This document shows positions 38,633-51,421 of a DNA stretch of 64,000 bases, piece after piece. The position numbers and the translations under genes were made by a program. The notes below the pieces were generated by a model. It was given only the letters and a program-made list of their open reading frames with translations. It was not told the origin of the DNA and did no database searches. Position 1 is the first letter of the stretch. Each line of letters begins with the position of its first letter. Location of the stretch: positions 139,810,001 through 139,874,000 of the forward strand of contig OX597817.1 of the NCBI GenBank assembly GCA_951406725.2. Reading direction: 5' to 3'. Source of the stretch: Octopus vulgaris (lineage: Eukaryota).

Positions 38633-38977
38633 GAAGGCACATGGATCAGTGGTTAAAGCGTCGAGCTTATGATCGTGAGGTTGTGAGCTCGAATCCTGGA
38701 CCGGGCTGCATGTTGTGTTCTTGAGCAAGGCACTTTATTTCACGTTGCTCCAGTTCACTCAGCTGTAGAAATGAGTTGCGACGTCACTGGTGCCAAGCTG
38801 TATCGACCTTTGTCTTTCCCTTGGATAACACTGGTGGCGTGGAGAGGGGAGGCTGGTATGCATGGGCGACTGCTGGTCTTCCATAAACAACCTTGCCCGG
38901 ACTTGTGTCTAGGAGGGTAACTTTCTAGGTGCAATCCCATGGTCATTCATGACCGAAGGGGGTCTTTACCTTTACCT
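38633..38977 (+). mobile_element. tRNA SINE type C
   Basis: TGGATCAGTGGTTAAAGC A-box, GCTCGAATCC B-box, (CTTTAC)n tail. Confidence 0.85.
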
Positions 38978-39229
38978 TATTATTATTATTGTTGTTGTTG
39001 TTGTTGTTGTTATTATTATTATTATTATCGTTGTTATTATTATTATTATCATTGGTGTTGTTATTATTATTATCATCGTTGTTGTTGTTATTATTATTAT
39101 TATCATTGTTGTTATTATTATTATTATTATTGTTATCATTGTTATTGTTATTATTATTATTGTTATTATTATTATTATTATTATTATTGTTATTATTTAT
39201 TATTATTGTTGTTATTATTATTATTATTG
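38978..39229. repeat. (TTA/TTG)n compound microsatellite
   Basis: Direct reading. Confidence 0.95.
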
Positions 39230-40063
39230 ACTGAAGTTTTGTTGTAACTTCTGGAGTCTTAAATGCATAGTAGGCTTGCTGCTTGCAGTCTATGGTACCA
39301 TGCTACCAGTTCTTTTCAACTAATACTTTCCTGATTATTCTGGCCGTTTCAAGGAGGCAACCCTTTTGTAACAGTTCTGTTGGGCACTCTATTCCAGTTT
39401 CCTTGATATTCCTCTTCATGCCTGCTGATACTGTTCCCAAGGGCCCAACAATAATTGCCACTATTTTCACCTTCTTCGTTTTCCATAGCCGGTCTGTTTC
39501 GTACTTAACCCTTTCATTACCAACCCGGCTGAAACCGGCTCTGGCTTTGTAATACAAATGTCTTGTTTTCATAAGTTTTGAATTAAAATCTTCCACCAAA
39601 CCTTAGTCACAATTTATCTTCCTAACACTGGCTTAATGATAACCTAGTAATTTTACTAAATTCTTTGTTATATTTAAAGTAATTGAAAGAAACACAGAGC
39701 ATCTCAAAATAAATACAGTAACGAAAGGGTTAAGGGGGTTGTATTTTTTTGTTTTTCCACCTTCCTTCTTGACTGTGCGTAGGTCAGAGGGGCACGCAAT
39801 ATCAGTTATATAGCACATGTGGTGCATCTTGTCTACCAGGTCTGGTCTGTTATGCTCTAGTACCTGATCTGTTTGGATTTGAAAATCCCACAAGATTTTG
39901 CAGGTTTCTGACTCTGCTACTCTCCGTGGATTATGCTCATACCATGTCTTGCCTCTCTCTACACCCCACACTTTGCACAGTTTCCGTTGTAGCATTTTCA
40001 TTATCTCATCATGTTGCCACAACTTGTAATGGTTTTGGGCAAGTCTAGGGCATTTGTTCACTG
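39230..40063 (-). mobile_element. Dong/R4 RLE 3' fragment interrupted by a MITE
   Basis: KILWDFQIQTDQVLEHNRPDLV, DIACP, ELLQKGCLLETARIIRKVL. Confidence 0.85.
39509..39729. mobile_element. 221-bp piggyBac-type MITE
   Basis: TTAA duplicated (39505-39508 and 39730-39733); TIR CCCTTTCATTAC / GTAACGAAAGGG; removal restores the Dong frame KYNPLKYE. Confidence 0.9.
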
Positions 40064-40082
40064 TTGTTATTATTATTATTAT

Positions 40083-40379
40083 TCTATGTTTGAATTTTGC
40101 TTTATATTTGCCCAAGCTGGCTCCAAGTCCCACCCAGAGACCTCAAGAGACAACAAGCTGGAAGTTCGTGTTGGTGTTATGCCTAGGGTGCCATATATTT
40201 GGTTTTGTACTTAGTGTTGTACTAGTGAATGTCTAAAAAAAACATACGAAAATTATGTTTGTTTTAAAACTTGAGATTACATAGAAAGTATTTTGCGTAG
40301 GATATGAGCAGTTCCCATGAGCACTATCTTTTGAATTTCTGCCATTTTTGGGTTTTCTGGTATCTGAGTTAGGTAGCAA
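40083..40379 (-). mobile_element. Dong/R4 3' end (LSM* family)
   Basis: EIQKIVLMGTAHILRKILSM* plus 3' UTR; (TAA)n flanks. Confidence 0.85.
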
Positions 40380-40395
40380 TTATTATTATTATTAT

Positions 40396-40622
40396 TGAGC
40401 GAGAGAGCATTGCATGCCATCAAAGTGACACTGGGGTAAAATATACAAAGTCTAGTATACCCATCATGACTACCTGTCTGACAAGCAAATCTGTGGTATC
40501 GAGCAGAATATTTGCTGTAGCTCATCTTTTATACCAAGATAAAACAATGTACATGATAACACTTCCAATCAGTTAAGATCAGAAGCCATGAGAGCCACTG
40601 CCTGGTTCTGCATCAGGGCATT
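40396..40622 (-). mobile_element. internally deleted copy 3 of the ~560-bp element
   Basis: Both termini retained; about 330 bp removed at a CTGA.AAG microhomology. Confidence 0.85.
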
Positions 40623-40628
40623 TTTTTA

Positions 40629-40748
<120 letters not shown>

Positions 40749-40834
40749 TATAATGGTTCAACATTTGGTAGTTTGAGGCAAATTTCTACTGCATCACCTG
40801 CTGCACCTCCATGTTGCTATTATTATTATTATGA

Positions 40835-41046
40835 AGATGGTGAGCTGGCAGAAACATTAGCACACCGGGCAAAATGCTTATCAGTATTTCATCTGTCTTT
40901 ACGTTCTGAGTTCAAATTCCACCGAGGTCGACTTTGCTTTTCATCCTTTCAGAATCAATAAATTAAGTACCAGTTGCATACTGGATTCTAATTGACTGAC
41001 CCTTCCCCCAAAATTTCAGTCCTTGTGCCTATACTAGAAAGGATTA

Positions 41047-41050
<4 letters not shown>
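40835..41050 (+). mobile_element. tRNA SINE type B
   Basis: Full head, shared domain, GAAAGGATTATC/ATT tail. Confidence 0.85.
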
Positions 41051-41104
<54 letters not shown>

Positions 41105-42212
41105 TGTTTATATCAAATCTTTTCTCTTTTTATACAAATCTTTCTTTTTACAAACCCTGCAAATAACCAAGAGAATCAGCCAATGATGGTTCACCCAGCA
41201 GGACTAGCCATCATTGGGGCAAGTTTTTCTCTAATGGGTGCTGTGCCATTTACATTTTCAATGTTGGAATTAAAATGTGATGGAACTTTAGGGTGAGAGG
41301 ATTGGCCTTCTTGAGAATGAGATACATTGAAGCATATTTCTAAAGTTTAGAATATATTCTTTCACTGAGAGAAAGTGAGACTGAAAACTTGAGCGAGGCT
41401 AGGGACCAGCCTTGGCTTGTATTGTCTGAGGGAAATAGAAGGGGGATTATTAGAGCTTCTTTTCCAGCTGGAGCGACCCTATATCTCCCTTGCAGCAAAG
41501 CACCTGTTCCTGTCCATCCCTCATACTTTAATCTCTCATCACCTGGCATAAAGATACCCTTGCTCCCTCAAGCCGACACCCATCACTCAGTGGAGGGATC
41601 TTGCTAGTTACTTGGTGACCTCATTAGTACCAGTGCCATGTAGAAATCATTCAGCATACTCTGTAATGTGGTTGGTGTTAGAAAGGAAGTTCACTGCAGA
41701 CTTTGGAGTTTGGCACAGTCTTGTGGATTGCCACCTTCCATGAAAGCATCCAACCCATGCCAGCATGGAAAATGGACATTCATTGATGATGATGATGATG
41801 ATATGACCTGGTTGGTGTCAAGTGACCGGATTGTAATGACGAATTTGATTGACACCTTATCTCCTCATGCATTGGACTCAAACTCATAACTGAGCAAGGG
41901 GAATCCAGACCAGCTGTGGGTATTACTCTGGTGTGTCATATTGGGAGAGATTTTGTTTTAGCTCTGAGTATTTTCCCATATACAAATGGTGTGTCGTTTG
42001 TTTGCCATTGTGTGCTAAAGTATATCTAGGCTTTCGTTGTTTTGATATTGGTGGATGGGTGGAAATATTCTATTATTTGAAAGCAGGGGTTGGTGACAGG
42101 AAGAGCATCCAATTCTAAAAACATTCTACCACTATGAAGTCTTGTGGAACTTATGCGAGCATGGTAAAATAGATGCCAAAACAATGGTGGTAATGGTGGT
42201 GGTAGTTGTGAT

Positions 42213-42442
42213 GGCGGCAAGCTGGCAGAGATGTTAGCATGCCGGGCGAAATGCTTAGCGGTGTTTCGTCTGCCGCTACGTTCTGAGTTCAAATTTCACC
42301 GAGGTCGACTTTGCCTTTCATCCTTTCGGGGTCAATTAAATAAGTACCAGTTACGCACTGGGGTCGATGTGATCGACTTAATCCGTGTGTCTGTCTTTGT
42401 TTGTCTCCTCTGTGTTTAGCCCCTTGTGGGTAGTAAAGAAAT
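42213..42442 (+). mobile_element. tRNA SINE type A with 15-bp TSD
   Basis: TGGTAGTTGTGATGG at 42200-42214 and 42443-42457. Confidence 0.9.
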
Positions 42443-43281
42443 TGGTAGTTGTGATGGTAGTAGTAATTACGAAGATGTATTAGTGACATTAGAGAAATTA
42501 TTGAGGGATGCTTTGACTAATACAGTAATCATGTTGAACCATTATGAAGGGATGTTCCTGGCTGGGCTGGTTGTTATGTGGAGTTGAAGAGTTGTTGTTG
42601 AAACATCATATTGAATAATTGATTCAAGACTTTAACCTAAACTTGATCCACAAACTGCTACTAACTGAAATAGTCCCATAAAAAAAAAAACTAGTCTTCA
42701 ATCATTAATCTGAAATTTGTTGCCAATTGCTTTCTTTCTCTTTTCTTTATTGCTATTCATGAATCTAAGGACTAATTCTTCTTTCTGTTCTTAATCTACA
42801 ACTGTCTAGAGACTATTAACATTCATCTATTCCAATCATCATCATGATAATGAGGTATATATAATCACCACACCACCACCATTAGCTTCACAATGAAAAT
42901 TATGATCATCACCATCACCACCATCATCTTAGTAATGATTATATTCACCACCACCACCTATAATCTTGATCAATATTATCACCATCATCTATTTAATGTC
43001 CGTTATTCTAGTCAGGCTGGCTTGGATGGGTCTCTGATACACTTGACCTACAAAGTTCAAGGACAATGTCCATTCTTATTGAAACAATGCCATGTTCCAT
43101 GCCCCTGGATCACTGCAGCTCTGCGATCTAACAACCTAATGAAATAAAACAAAAATCATTAAACATTTTTTCTCTCTCTGAATATTTCATTGTATTTAAG
43201 TTATTATTTTCATTGCCCCATTTATTGAAAATGTCGACCCCCCCACACTTATGTAGATGGCATTGCTGTATATGTTTGATA

Positions 43282-43560
43282 GGTAGGTGCAGACATAGCT
43301 ATGTGGTGGTGAAGTGTGGCTTCCCAACCCCATGGTCTTGGGTTCAGTTCCACTGCTTAGCACCTTGGTATCTTCTGTTACTCTAGCCTTGAGCTAACTA
43401 AATCCTTGTGAGTGGATTTGGTAGACAGAAACATATGATGGGCTTCTTTCAGTTTCTGTCTACCAGATTCACTAATAAGGCTTTGGTTGGTTGGGAGTGA
43501 TAGAAGAAGACACTTGCCCAAGGTGCCACACAGTGGGACTGAACTCAGAACCATGTGTTT
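43282..43560. mobile_element. two OR2-like SINE heads in adjacent inverted orientation
   Basis: Plus copy 43282-43432 and minus copy 43436-43560. Confidence 0.7.
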
Positions 43561-43577
43561 TGAGAAAGAAATTTGTT

Positions 43578-43825
43578 GTGGCACGTAAAAAGCACCAACC
43601 AATCATGGCCGTTGCCAGCCTCCCCTGGCACCTGTGCCGGTGGCACGTAAAAAGCACCCACTACACTCACGGAGTGGTTGGCATTAGGAAGGGCATCCAG
43701 CTGTAGAAACACTGCCAGATCAGACTGGAGCCTGGTGCAGCCTCCTGGCTTCCCAGACCCCGATCGAACTGTCCAACCCATGCTAGCATGGAAAATGGAC
43801 ATTAAACAATGATGATGATGATGAC
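43578..43825 (+). mobile_element. RTE 3' end
   Basis: 2 UTR units, conserved terminus, (GAT)n tail. Confidence 0.85.
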
Positions 43826-45180
43826 AACCATATCTGCATCTGTAATCTGTATAACAAATCCTCTCCCTTGATTTGGTTTAGCTTTTAATCTTCTGCCAGT
43901 TCTGTTACCATTTCCCCAGAGCGTTTCCCCTTCCTGTATTCTTCAGCCATCCACCAAATCACTTCAGTTCACCAGGGATCCTATTAAATCGGTTGGCAGC
44001 AGATATTCTATCTCGATGGAAGTTGATGTCTTTAACATTGACTCTTGCCTACTAATGTGTTAAGTGTGCCATGGCTGTTGCAATAACGACATTTAAGCAG
44101 AAGGGAGGAGAACTAGAAGAAGGGAGTAGAATATAATTAATTGCATTTTGTGATTGAGAATTGATGAAAATTAAATGGAAAAAAAAAAGAAAGATAGATG
44201 TCAATTTTAATGTGGGCAAACATAGATTTGAATAACAGTGCAACTGTGTGCTGGAAATAGCAAGTGAGCATTAGAAACATTAGCCAAATGTATGTCAGAG
44301 TGAAGGTCAGTGGAGTTAGTATGGACGTGTAGGGTCAATGGAGAGTGGCTGCTGTGAAATGGTGGAAATATTTGGTGGGTTTGAAAGTAGACAGTTGTGT
44401 TATCAGGTTAAGGAAGACTTGGTGCAGAAATGGCAAGATTTAACCTGAGAATATTGGTTCTGACAGACAAGATATTAGTTGTATTTTGGAGAAGAAGGGA
44501 GGAATGGTATCTGTTGTGTTGCAGACATGTTTGGCATATAACAACATAAAAAACCAAAAAAAAACCCAATTCAGTGTTAAAATGATGCCAATTAAATGTA
44601 CATCTGTGTTCTTGAAAGACTGTTTAATAGAAGCAAACATAGGTTTATATGCCAAACTTTCAGTGAACATCTATTTAATTCTTTGTTCTTTTAACAATTA
44701 AAATCCTATGAGAGAGTCATTGCTGGCATCACCATCATCATCACCATCATCACAAACACCATTTATTATTCAGTGTTTCTGTGAATCAGTCTTCTCTTCT
44801 CCAGTGCCTCTCTCTTGTTCTAAGCCATCATCATCATCTCCTTCAGAAAGTTCAGCCTCTTGTGATCAGCTTTCACCATATGTTCAATGTCTCCCCGGGG
44901 CTTCCACTTCTGCAGGTCTTTTCCACTGGGATTACTTTCTTTCTCTTTTTACCATTTAGTCAGTGATAACAAGACCAGCACCCTTGACCCTTTACATTTC
45001 AAGGCCCTAAAACAAGTAGGCAGCCCAGTTGCAACAGAGTGGACTAAAGACCACTCGGTAAGGTTAAACGAGGTGGCTCATTTTCCAGGCATTTCACCAA
45101 CTCAGTCTCTTTTCTTGTTTCCTATCCCATTCCTCTCATACTCACTTCTCTCAGCTCAGTTACATTCTGTCCCTCTATTA

Positions 45181-45546
45181 TGTTGTGGTGTTTTCCACAT
45201 CTGTAAGGTGTGGCCACTTTTGTGACTGTAGCTGTCGTATCTACTCCAGTAGCCAAGATATTTTCTTTGGTATCAGGCACAGTGTATCTCTTCTATACCG
45301 GAATGGTAATATATCGCTTTGTCTATTGTGCTTTCGCTGACAGCTCTGCAAGACAATGAATTTGAACCGTCTACCTTGACTGTGACTCAAACTCGACTAT
45401 AACACTTAACTGACACTTAACTCCGACTGAGAACTCATACAATGACTGACACACGACTCCGCGTACTGGTTGACGTTGTCTCACTTTATGGTGGCTGCCT
45501 CATACCACTTGTCCTGTGGCAGGGATCTACCATTTCCACTGCAACA
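45181..45546. mobile_element. possible solo LTR
   Basis: TGTTGTGGTG...CACTGCAACA termini (8/10 inverted match); no TSD seen. Confidence 0.3.
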
Positions 45547-46983
45547 CACTCACACACATACTCACACCTATGCACGCACGCACACACACACACACTCACA
45601 CTCATACTCACACACACACTCACACTCACACACACACTAATATCCCACATCTAGCTGGAGATTTCAAATTTTTTCCAAAAAATGGAACTGAGATTCACCA
45701 TTGTCCATGCTTCTTCATTTATTCACCATTCACAGCATTCCCCTCTCCCCTCTCTCAACCCATCTTTCCTCCTCGTTTTATACTTTCTAAAAGACCTACA
45801 CACTCAATTCTCTGTCCCTATTTTGTCTTATATCGACCCTTTGGTACCTTGAAAGAGAGCCCTGATATATCTCATCGTCACCATCTTTTCTCTCTTTCCT
45901 GCTGGGGTACCCAGGTGTCACTTCTGTAGCAGGACACCTGCTCCTGTCCCACCTCTTGACACTTGAATAAAAGCCCCACCCTCCGCTCAATACCCCCATC
46001 CCCCACTCTGTCTTGGAGTTTTGTCTTGAAAGTTACTTGGGGACCTCACTAGTGCTGATGCCATATAAAAAGCCCCCACTACACCCTCTGAAGTGGTTGA
46101 CATTCGGAAAATCTTCTGTCTGTCCATCCATAAAAAGCATACCAAAGCAGGCAATGGAAGCTAGTACAGTCCTCTAACTCATTTGATCCTGTTTCACTGG
46201 CAGCATCGTAGATGGCCATTAAATGCTACCACTGATGATAGTAGGAATAAATATTACCTTTTGGTACTTATATTACCTCTGTTGCTAATATATATATGGG
46301 AGTGCCTGACTGTTCAGTGCATGTAAAACCTACAAACCCAGCAAAACAAAACGCATACACATACATAAAACAAACATCAACAGATGAACATAAACATATA
46401 TACACACACCCATGTTTTTACATAAATAATTATCTTTTATATACATCTATAAGAATATAATTTAGCATTTTTAATTCTTTTTGAAGTTTTTAGCTTTACA
46501 TGGTTTTAAATAAATAATTGAAATATTTCCTCTTTTTTTTTTTTCATATCCCCAAAATAACCTTTACCTAAGTTCAATAAGATGCCCTATGCTGAATTGT
46601 CTGTGTGCCTTAATTGTTGGCGCTGAATTGTCACATCATGTATATAAGATAAGATTTAGTTGTTGTTGTAGAATAGAAAGAGAGGGAATGAACTTTAGTC
46701 AGTTCCGCTCAACACACGAACCAATCAAATGCTTAGAATTTCTCCAAAGACCAGTGATTTAATTTATAGAAATATGAAATATTCAGTGTATCACCTTGTA
46801 TCTGAATCTTACTACATCGTAATCTGGGTGGTGTTAGAAATAAGTGTCTTAGCTTTATGAACACCAAACCACCCTATTCTAGGAATCTACTTCAAAGCGC
46901 ATAGCATCCACTTCTAAAGATCATTTGGGGCTTTTTTCATCCAATTGTGGCCATTTTATCAATCACAGTCATTTGCTTACATA

Positions 46984-47305
46984 GTCTCTTTCTCTCTCTC
47001 TCTCTCTCTTCCTGCTTGCCTCTCTCTCTTTCTCTCTCTCTCTCTTCCTGCTTACCCCCTCTCTCTCTTTCCTTATCTATCTTTCTATCAGTCTTTCTCT
47101 CTCACACACTGTCTTTGCCTCTTTATCTGTCTGTATGTCTCTTTCTGTTGCTGTCTCTCTGTCTCTCAGTTTCTCCCCCCCCTCTCTCTCTCTCTCTCAC
47201 TCACTTGCTCTCTGTTTTGTCTGTGTGTATCTCTCTCTCTCTGTCTATGCCTCTCTGTCTCTCCTGTATGATTCTGTCAAAGTCCTTCCTCTCTCTCTCT
47301 CTACT
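46984..47305. repeat. (CT)n/(CTGT)n low-complexity tract
   Basis: Direct reading. Confidence 0.9.
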
Positions 47306-48324
47306 TCTATATTATTTATTATTAGCATTATTTGTCTCCAGAAACTAGTTTTATTATTGAAAAAATTTTCTTGTTATACATTCCTGGCAATACCATCTGT
47401 TAGACCCACTCTCCAAGAACTTATTTCAGCCTCCTGTTGTCAAAAAAGAAAACAAAACAACTCCTCCCCCATCCTCACTTCGCCTGTCCACTTTCTTTCC
47501 TGTCTGCCAAAATATGAAGAAGACCAGGATGCAAGGGAGAGGAATCAACCGTTACCAATATTTGCTGACATTGTTTAATGTTTGTCTGACAAAGGTGTTC
47601 CAGATTTTCGATTCTTCTCACCTCAATTCTGTATCCCATTCACTACTAACGATGTATCATTGTTGTCATCGTTAGTGGAGTCACTTAATTTTGATTGCCT
47701 GAAGGCTGTATTTCTAATTAAAAAAATAATTATACAATTTCTCCTTTCCTATCAGATAACGAATAATTTATTCTCTGACGTAGAATATAGCAGTTAATTG
47801 TTACATCATAATGAAGGCATGCATCCACATATACATATATATAAATGTAAGCATTTATATATATATACACATACACACACACACATATATATATGTGCAC
47901 ACACACACACATATATAAACACAATTATACATGCACATTGAATAGATTACCATTTTGACTAAGAAGAGATTATTTGAATTGTGTACAAGGGATACGTAGG
48001 TATATATATATTTGTATGTGTATATAGATGAGTGTGTATGTATGTGCATTCGCACACATCTGAGTTATTTAACAGGAAGCAGATTCTACACTTTCTGTCT
48101 GTCTGTCTGTCTCTTTCTCAGCCTCTCTCTGTTTGTCTCTCTCTCTCTCTTTTTCGATTACCACTTGCTTTGCCAAGACTTCCTCCACCACCACCCTGTA
48201 TAAACTAGTGTACACACTCGGATTCCCTCACTCGATTTTTTTTTTTTTATACCTCCACCGGAGAAATACATATCCAGAAGATGCTCTTGTCTAAATTTGC
48301 TTGTTCGCAGTATTCCCGCCCTCT

Positions 48325-50955
48325 GCAGGGAATTGTATCAGACTGCCAGAAGGGAAGCTAGGAGACAGATTTATTTAGCCAGAGGGGAAGCAGATAAGAA
48401 AAAATTTGCCAATGTTCTGTGCCATGAGGACCAAAAGCTTGAGGTATTTCGTGTTGCAAGACAGTGTGTGAGAGAGAATCGTGATGTCATAGGAGAGAAA
48501 TGTGCCTGCATGGATGATGGTCCACTTGCACTAAACGAGGCTGCAAAGGGAGATGTTTGGAGACGCCTCTATGAAAGGTTGCTGAATAAAGAAATTGAAT
48601 GGGAGAAAGAGAGTCTGCCATATGTCAACCCCACAGAGGGGTCAGCTATCCGAATTGACAGTGCCTTGGTAGATAAAGCAATTAAGGATATGAAGGCAGG
48701 GAAAGCCCCTGGCCCATCAGAAATCACTGCAGAGATGCTCAAAATATCTGGCGGTGTTGGCTATAGCCTAGTCACCTGTATAGTTAACCAGGTGATACAT
48801 GAAGGAGTCCTACCCAATGACTGGTGTAGCAGCACCATAGTCAACTGCTACAAAGGTAAAGGTGACACTTTAGATACAAATATTTACAGAGGTATCAAGT
48901 TTTTGGATCAGGTAATGAAGGTCACGGAGAGAGTCATAGCCAACTAATTAGGGAGAGAGTCAGTTTAGATAAGATGCAGTTTGGGTTTGTGCCAGGGAAA
49001 AGCACCACTGATGCTATATTTCTGGTAAGACAGCTGCAGGAGAAATACCTAGCCAAAGATAAACCTCTGTATCTAGCTTTCATTGATATGGAGAAAGCCT
49101 TTGACAGGGTCCCCCGATCCCTTATCTGGTGGTCAATGAGGAAACTAGGGATAGATGAATGGTTAGTAAGAGCTGTGCAAGCCATGTACAGGGATGCTGT
49201 CAGTAAGATGAGGGTTGGCAATGAGTACAGTGAAGAATTCTGGATAGAGGTAGGGGTTCACCAAGGTTCAGTCCTTAGCCCCCTCCTATTTATCATAGTC
49301 CTCCAGGTAATAACAGAAGAATTCAAGACAGGATGCTCCTGGGAGCTCCTCTGTGCTGACGACCTTGCTCTTATTGCTGAGTGACTATCAAAACTAGAGG
49401 AGAAGTTTCAAGTATGGAAACAAGGATTAGAATCGAAGGGCCTTAGAGTCAACCTAGCTAAAACCAAAGTCCTAATAAGTAGGAAGGCATACAAACCAGA
49501 AATGCCTTCAGGTAGATGGCCCTGCTCAATCTGTGAAAAGGCGTAGGTAAAAACTCCATAAGATGCACCCAGTGTAAGCTATGGACACATAAGAGGTGCA
49601 GCAATATCAAAGGAAGGCTAACTGGGAGGATAGTTTTTGTATGTGGCAGATGCTCAGGAGCAATAAATAACACTGATAATGTGCAGAGAACAACTTCCGC
49701 CACATTCCAGGGAGAAAAACTAGAAGTAGCTGATAGCTTCCGTTACCTAGGTGACCAAGTCAGTAGCAGGGGAGGGTGCACTGAAAGTGTAGCTACTAGA
49801 ATAAGAATAGCCTGGGCAAAGTTCAGGGAACTCTTACCTCTGCTGGTGACAAAGGGCCTCTCACTCAGAGTAAACGGTAGACTGTATGATGCATGTGTGT
49901 GAGCAGCCATGCTACATGGCAGTGAAACATGGGCTGTGACTGCTGAGAATGCGTAAGCTCACAAGGAATGAAGCCCGTATGCTCCACTGGATATGCAATG
50001 TTAGTGTGCATACTCGACAGAGTGTAAGTACCTTGAGAGAAAAGTTGGACCTAAGAAGCATCAGATGTGGTGTGCAAGAGAGACGACTGTGCTGGTATGG
50101 TCATGTGGTGAGAATGGATGAGGATAGCTGTGTGAAAAAGTTGAGGGAACCTGTGGAAGAGGTAGGCCCAGGAAGACCTGGGATGATGTGGTGAAGCACG
50201 ACCTTCGAACATTAGGCCTCACCAAGGAAATGACTAGTGACCGAGACTTTTGGAAATAGGATGTGCTTGAGAAGACCTGGCATGCCAAATGAGACCATAA
50301 CCTCGTGGCCTATGCCAGGAGTGTAACCAGCCCACTTATGCGTATCTTTTCCTTCTTTGGACACTAAACTCTGCTTGCGAAGATCTGTTGAGGCAAGTGA
50401 AATCAAAATCAAATTTGATGACTGGCATCTGTGCTAGTGGGGTGCAAAGAGCACCATACGAGTGTGATTGTTGACAGAGTGGCTAACCGACTTCCATGCC
50501 AGTGGCATATAAAAGGCACCATTTGAGTGTTATCATTACCAGCGTCGCCTTACTGGCGCTTGGGCCCCGTGCTAGTAGGGTGCTAAGAGCACCATCCAAG
50601 CGTGATCGTTGCCAAAGCGGCTAACTGGCTTCTGTGCCAGTGGCATGTAAAAGGCACCATTCGAGTGTGATCATTACCAGAATTGCCTTACTGGCACCTG
50701 TGCCAGTGGCATGTGTAAAAAGATTCAAGCACGGTCATTGCCAGTACCGCCTGACTGGCCCCCATGCCTGTTGCACATAAAAGCACCCACTACACTCTCG
50801 GAGTGGTTGGCGTTAGGAAGGGAATCCAGCTGTAGAAACTCTGTCGGATCAGATTGGAGCCTAGCACAGCCATCTGGTTCACATGACCTCAGTCAAAATC
50901 GTCCAACCCATGCTAGCATGGAAAGCTGACGTTAAACAATGATAATGATGATGAT
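48325..50955 (+). mobile_element. RTE LINE, 2.6 kb, 5'-truncated, RT pseudogene
   Basis: KAPGPSEI, YRGIKFL, QFGFVPGKSTTDAIF, DMEKAFD, GVHQGSVLSPLLF, ADDL; in-frame stops; 6-unit UTR array; (GAT)n tail. Confidence 0.95.
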
Positions 50956-51110
50956 ATATAAATTTATATATAATATATATAAATTTATATATAGTATATA
51001 TAAATTTATATATAATTTATATATAATTTATGTATAATATATATAATTTATATATGATTTACATATAAATTTATATATAATATGTATAAATTTATATATA
51101 TATATAATTG
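50955..51110. repeat. AT-rich degenerate minisatellite (TATATAAATT-like)
   Basis: Direct reading. Confidence 0.85.
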
Positions 51111-51421
51111 TTAAACAGAACATCAAACATTAAGGTAAGGTGAACATCTCAAGTCATATATACAATATTATAGGAAGAAATTCAAAATCTTACACCTGTT
51201 TCTGGGATATCCCAAAGTATGGGATATTCCGTCACTATGTGTAAGCACAAATTCTTTTGCACTTTTAAATTCTTTCATAAATCTAAACTTAAGCTCACCC
51301 CCAATGAATAGCACCCACATGCATACTCCTATTATCATAAACACATGCCCCTTCTATATCTCTGTAACCCTTATTTCTATCTTGTGTTTTAACCTCCTGT
51401 CTGTCTACCATAAAAACTACC

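Noticed and set aside
38633-38705. tRNA genes
   Set aside because: All tRNA-like segments continue into SINE bodies and lack a clean cloverleaf and terminator.
44708-44959. Ser-rich ORF as a possible exon
   Set aside because: Derived from (TCA)n-type low complexity, with no convincing splice pair or recognisable protein.
50420-50795. CRISPR-like repeat/spacer appearance
   Set aside because: Units are degenerate, the 'spacers' are homologous to each other, there are no cas genes, and the array lies in a eukaryotic LINE 3' UTR.
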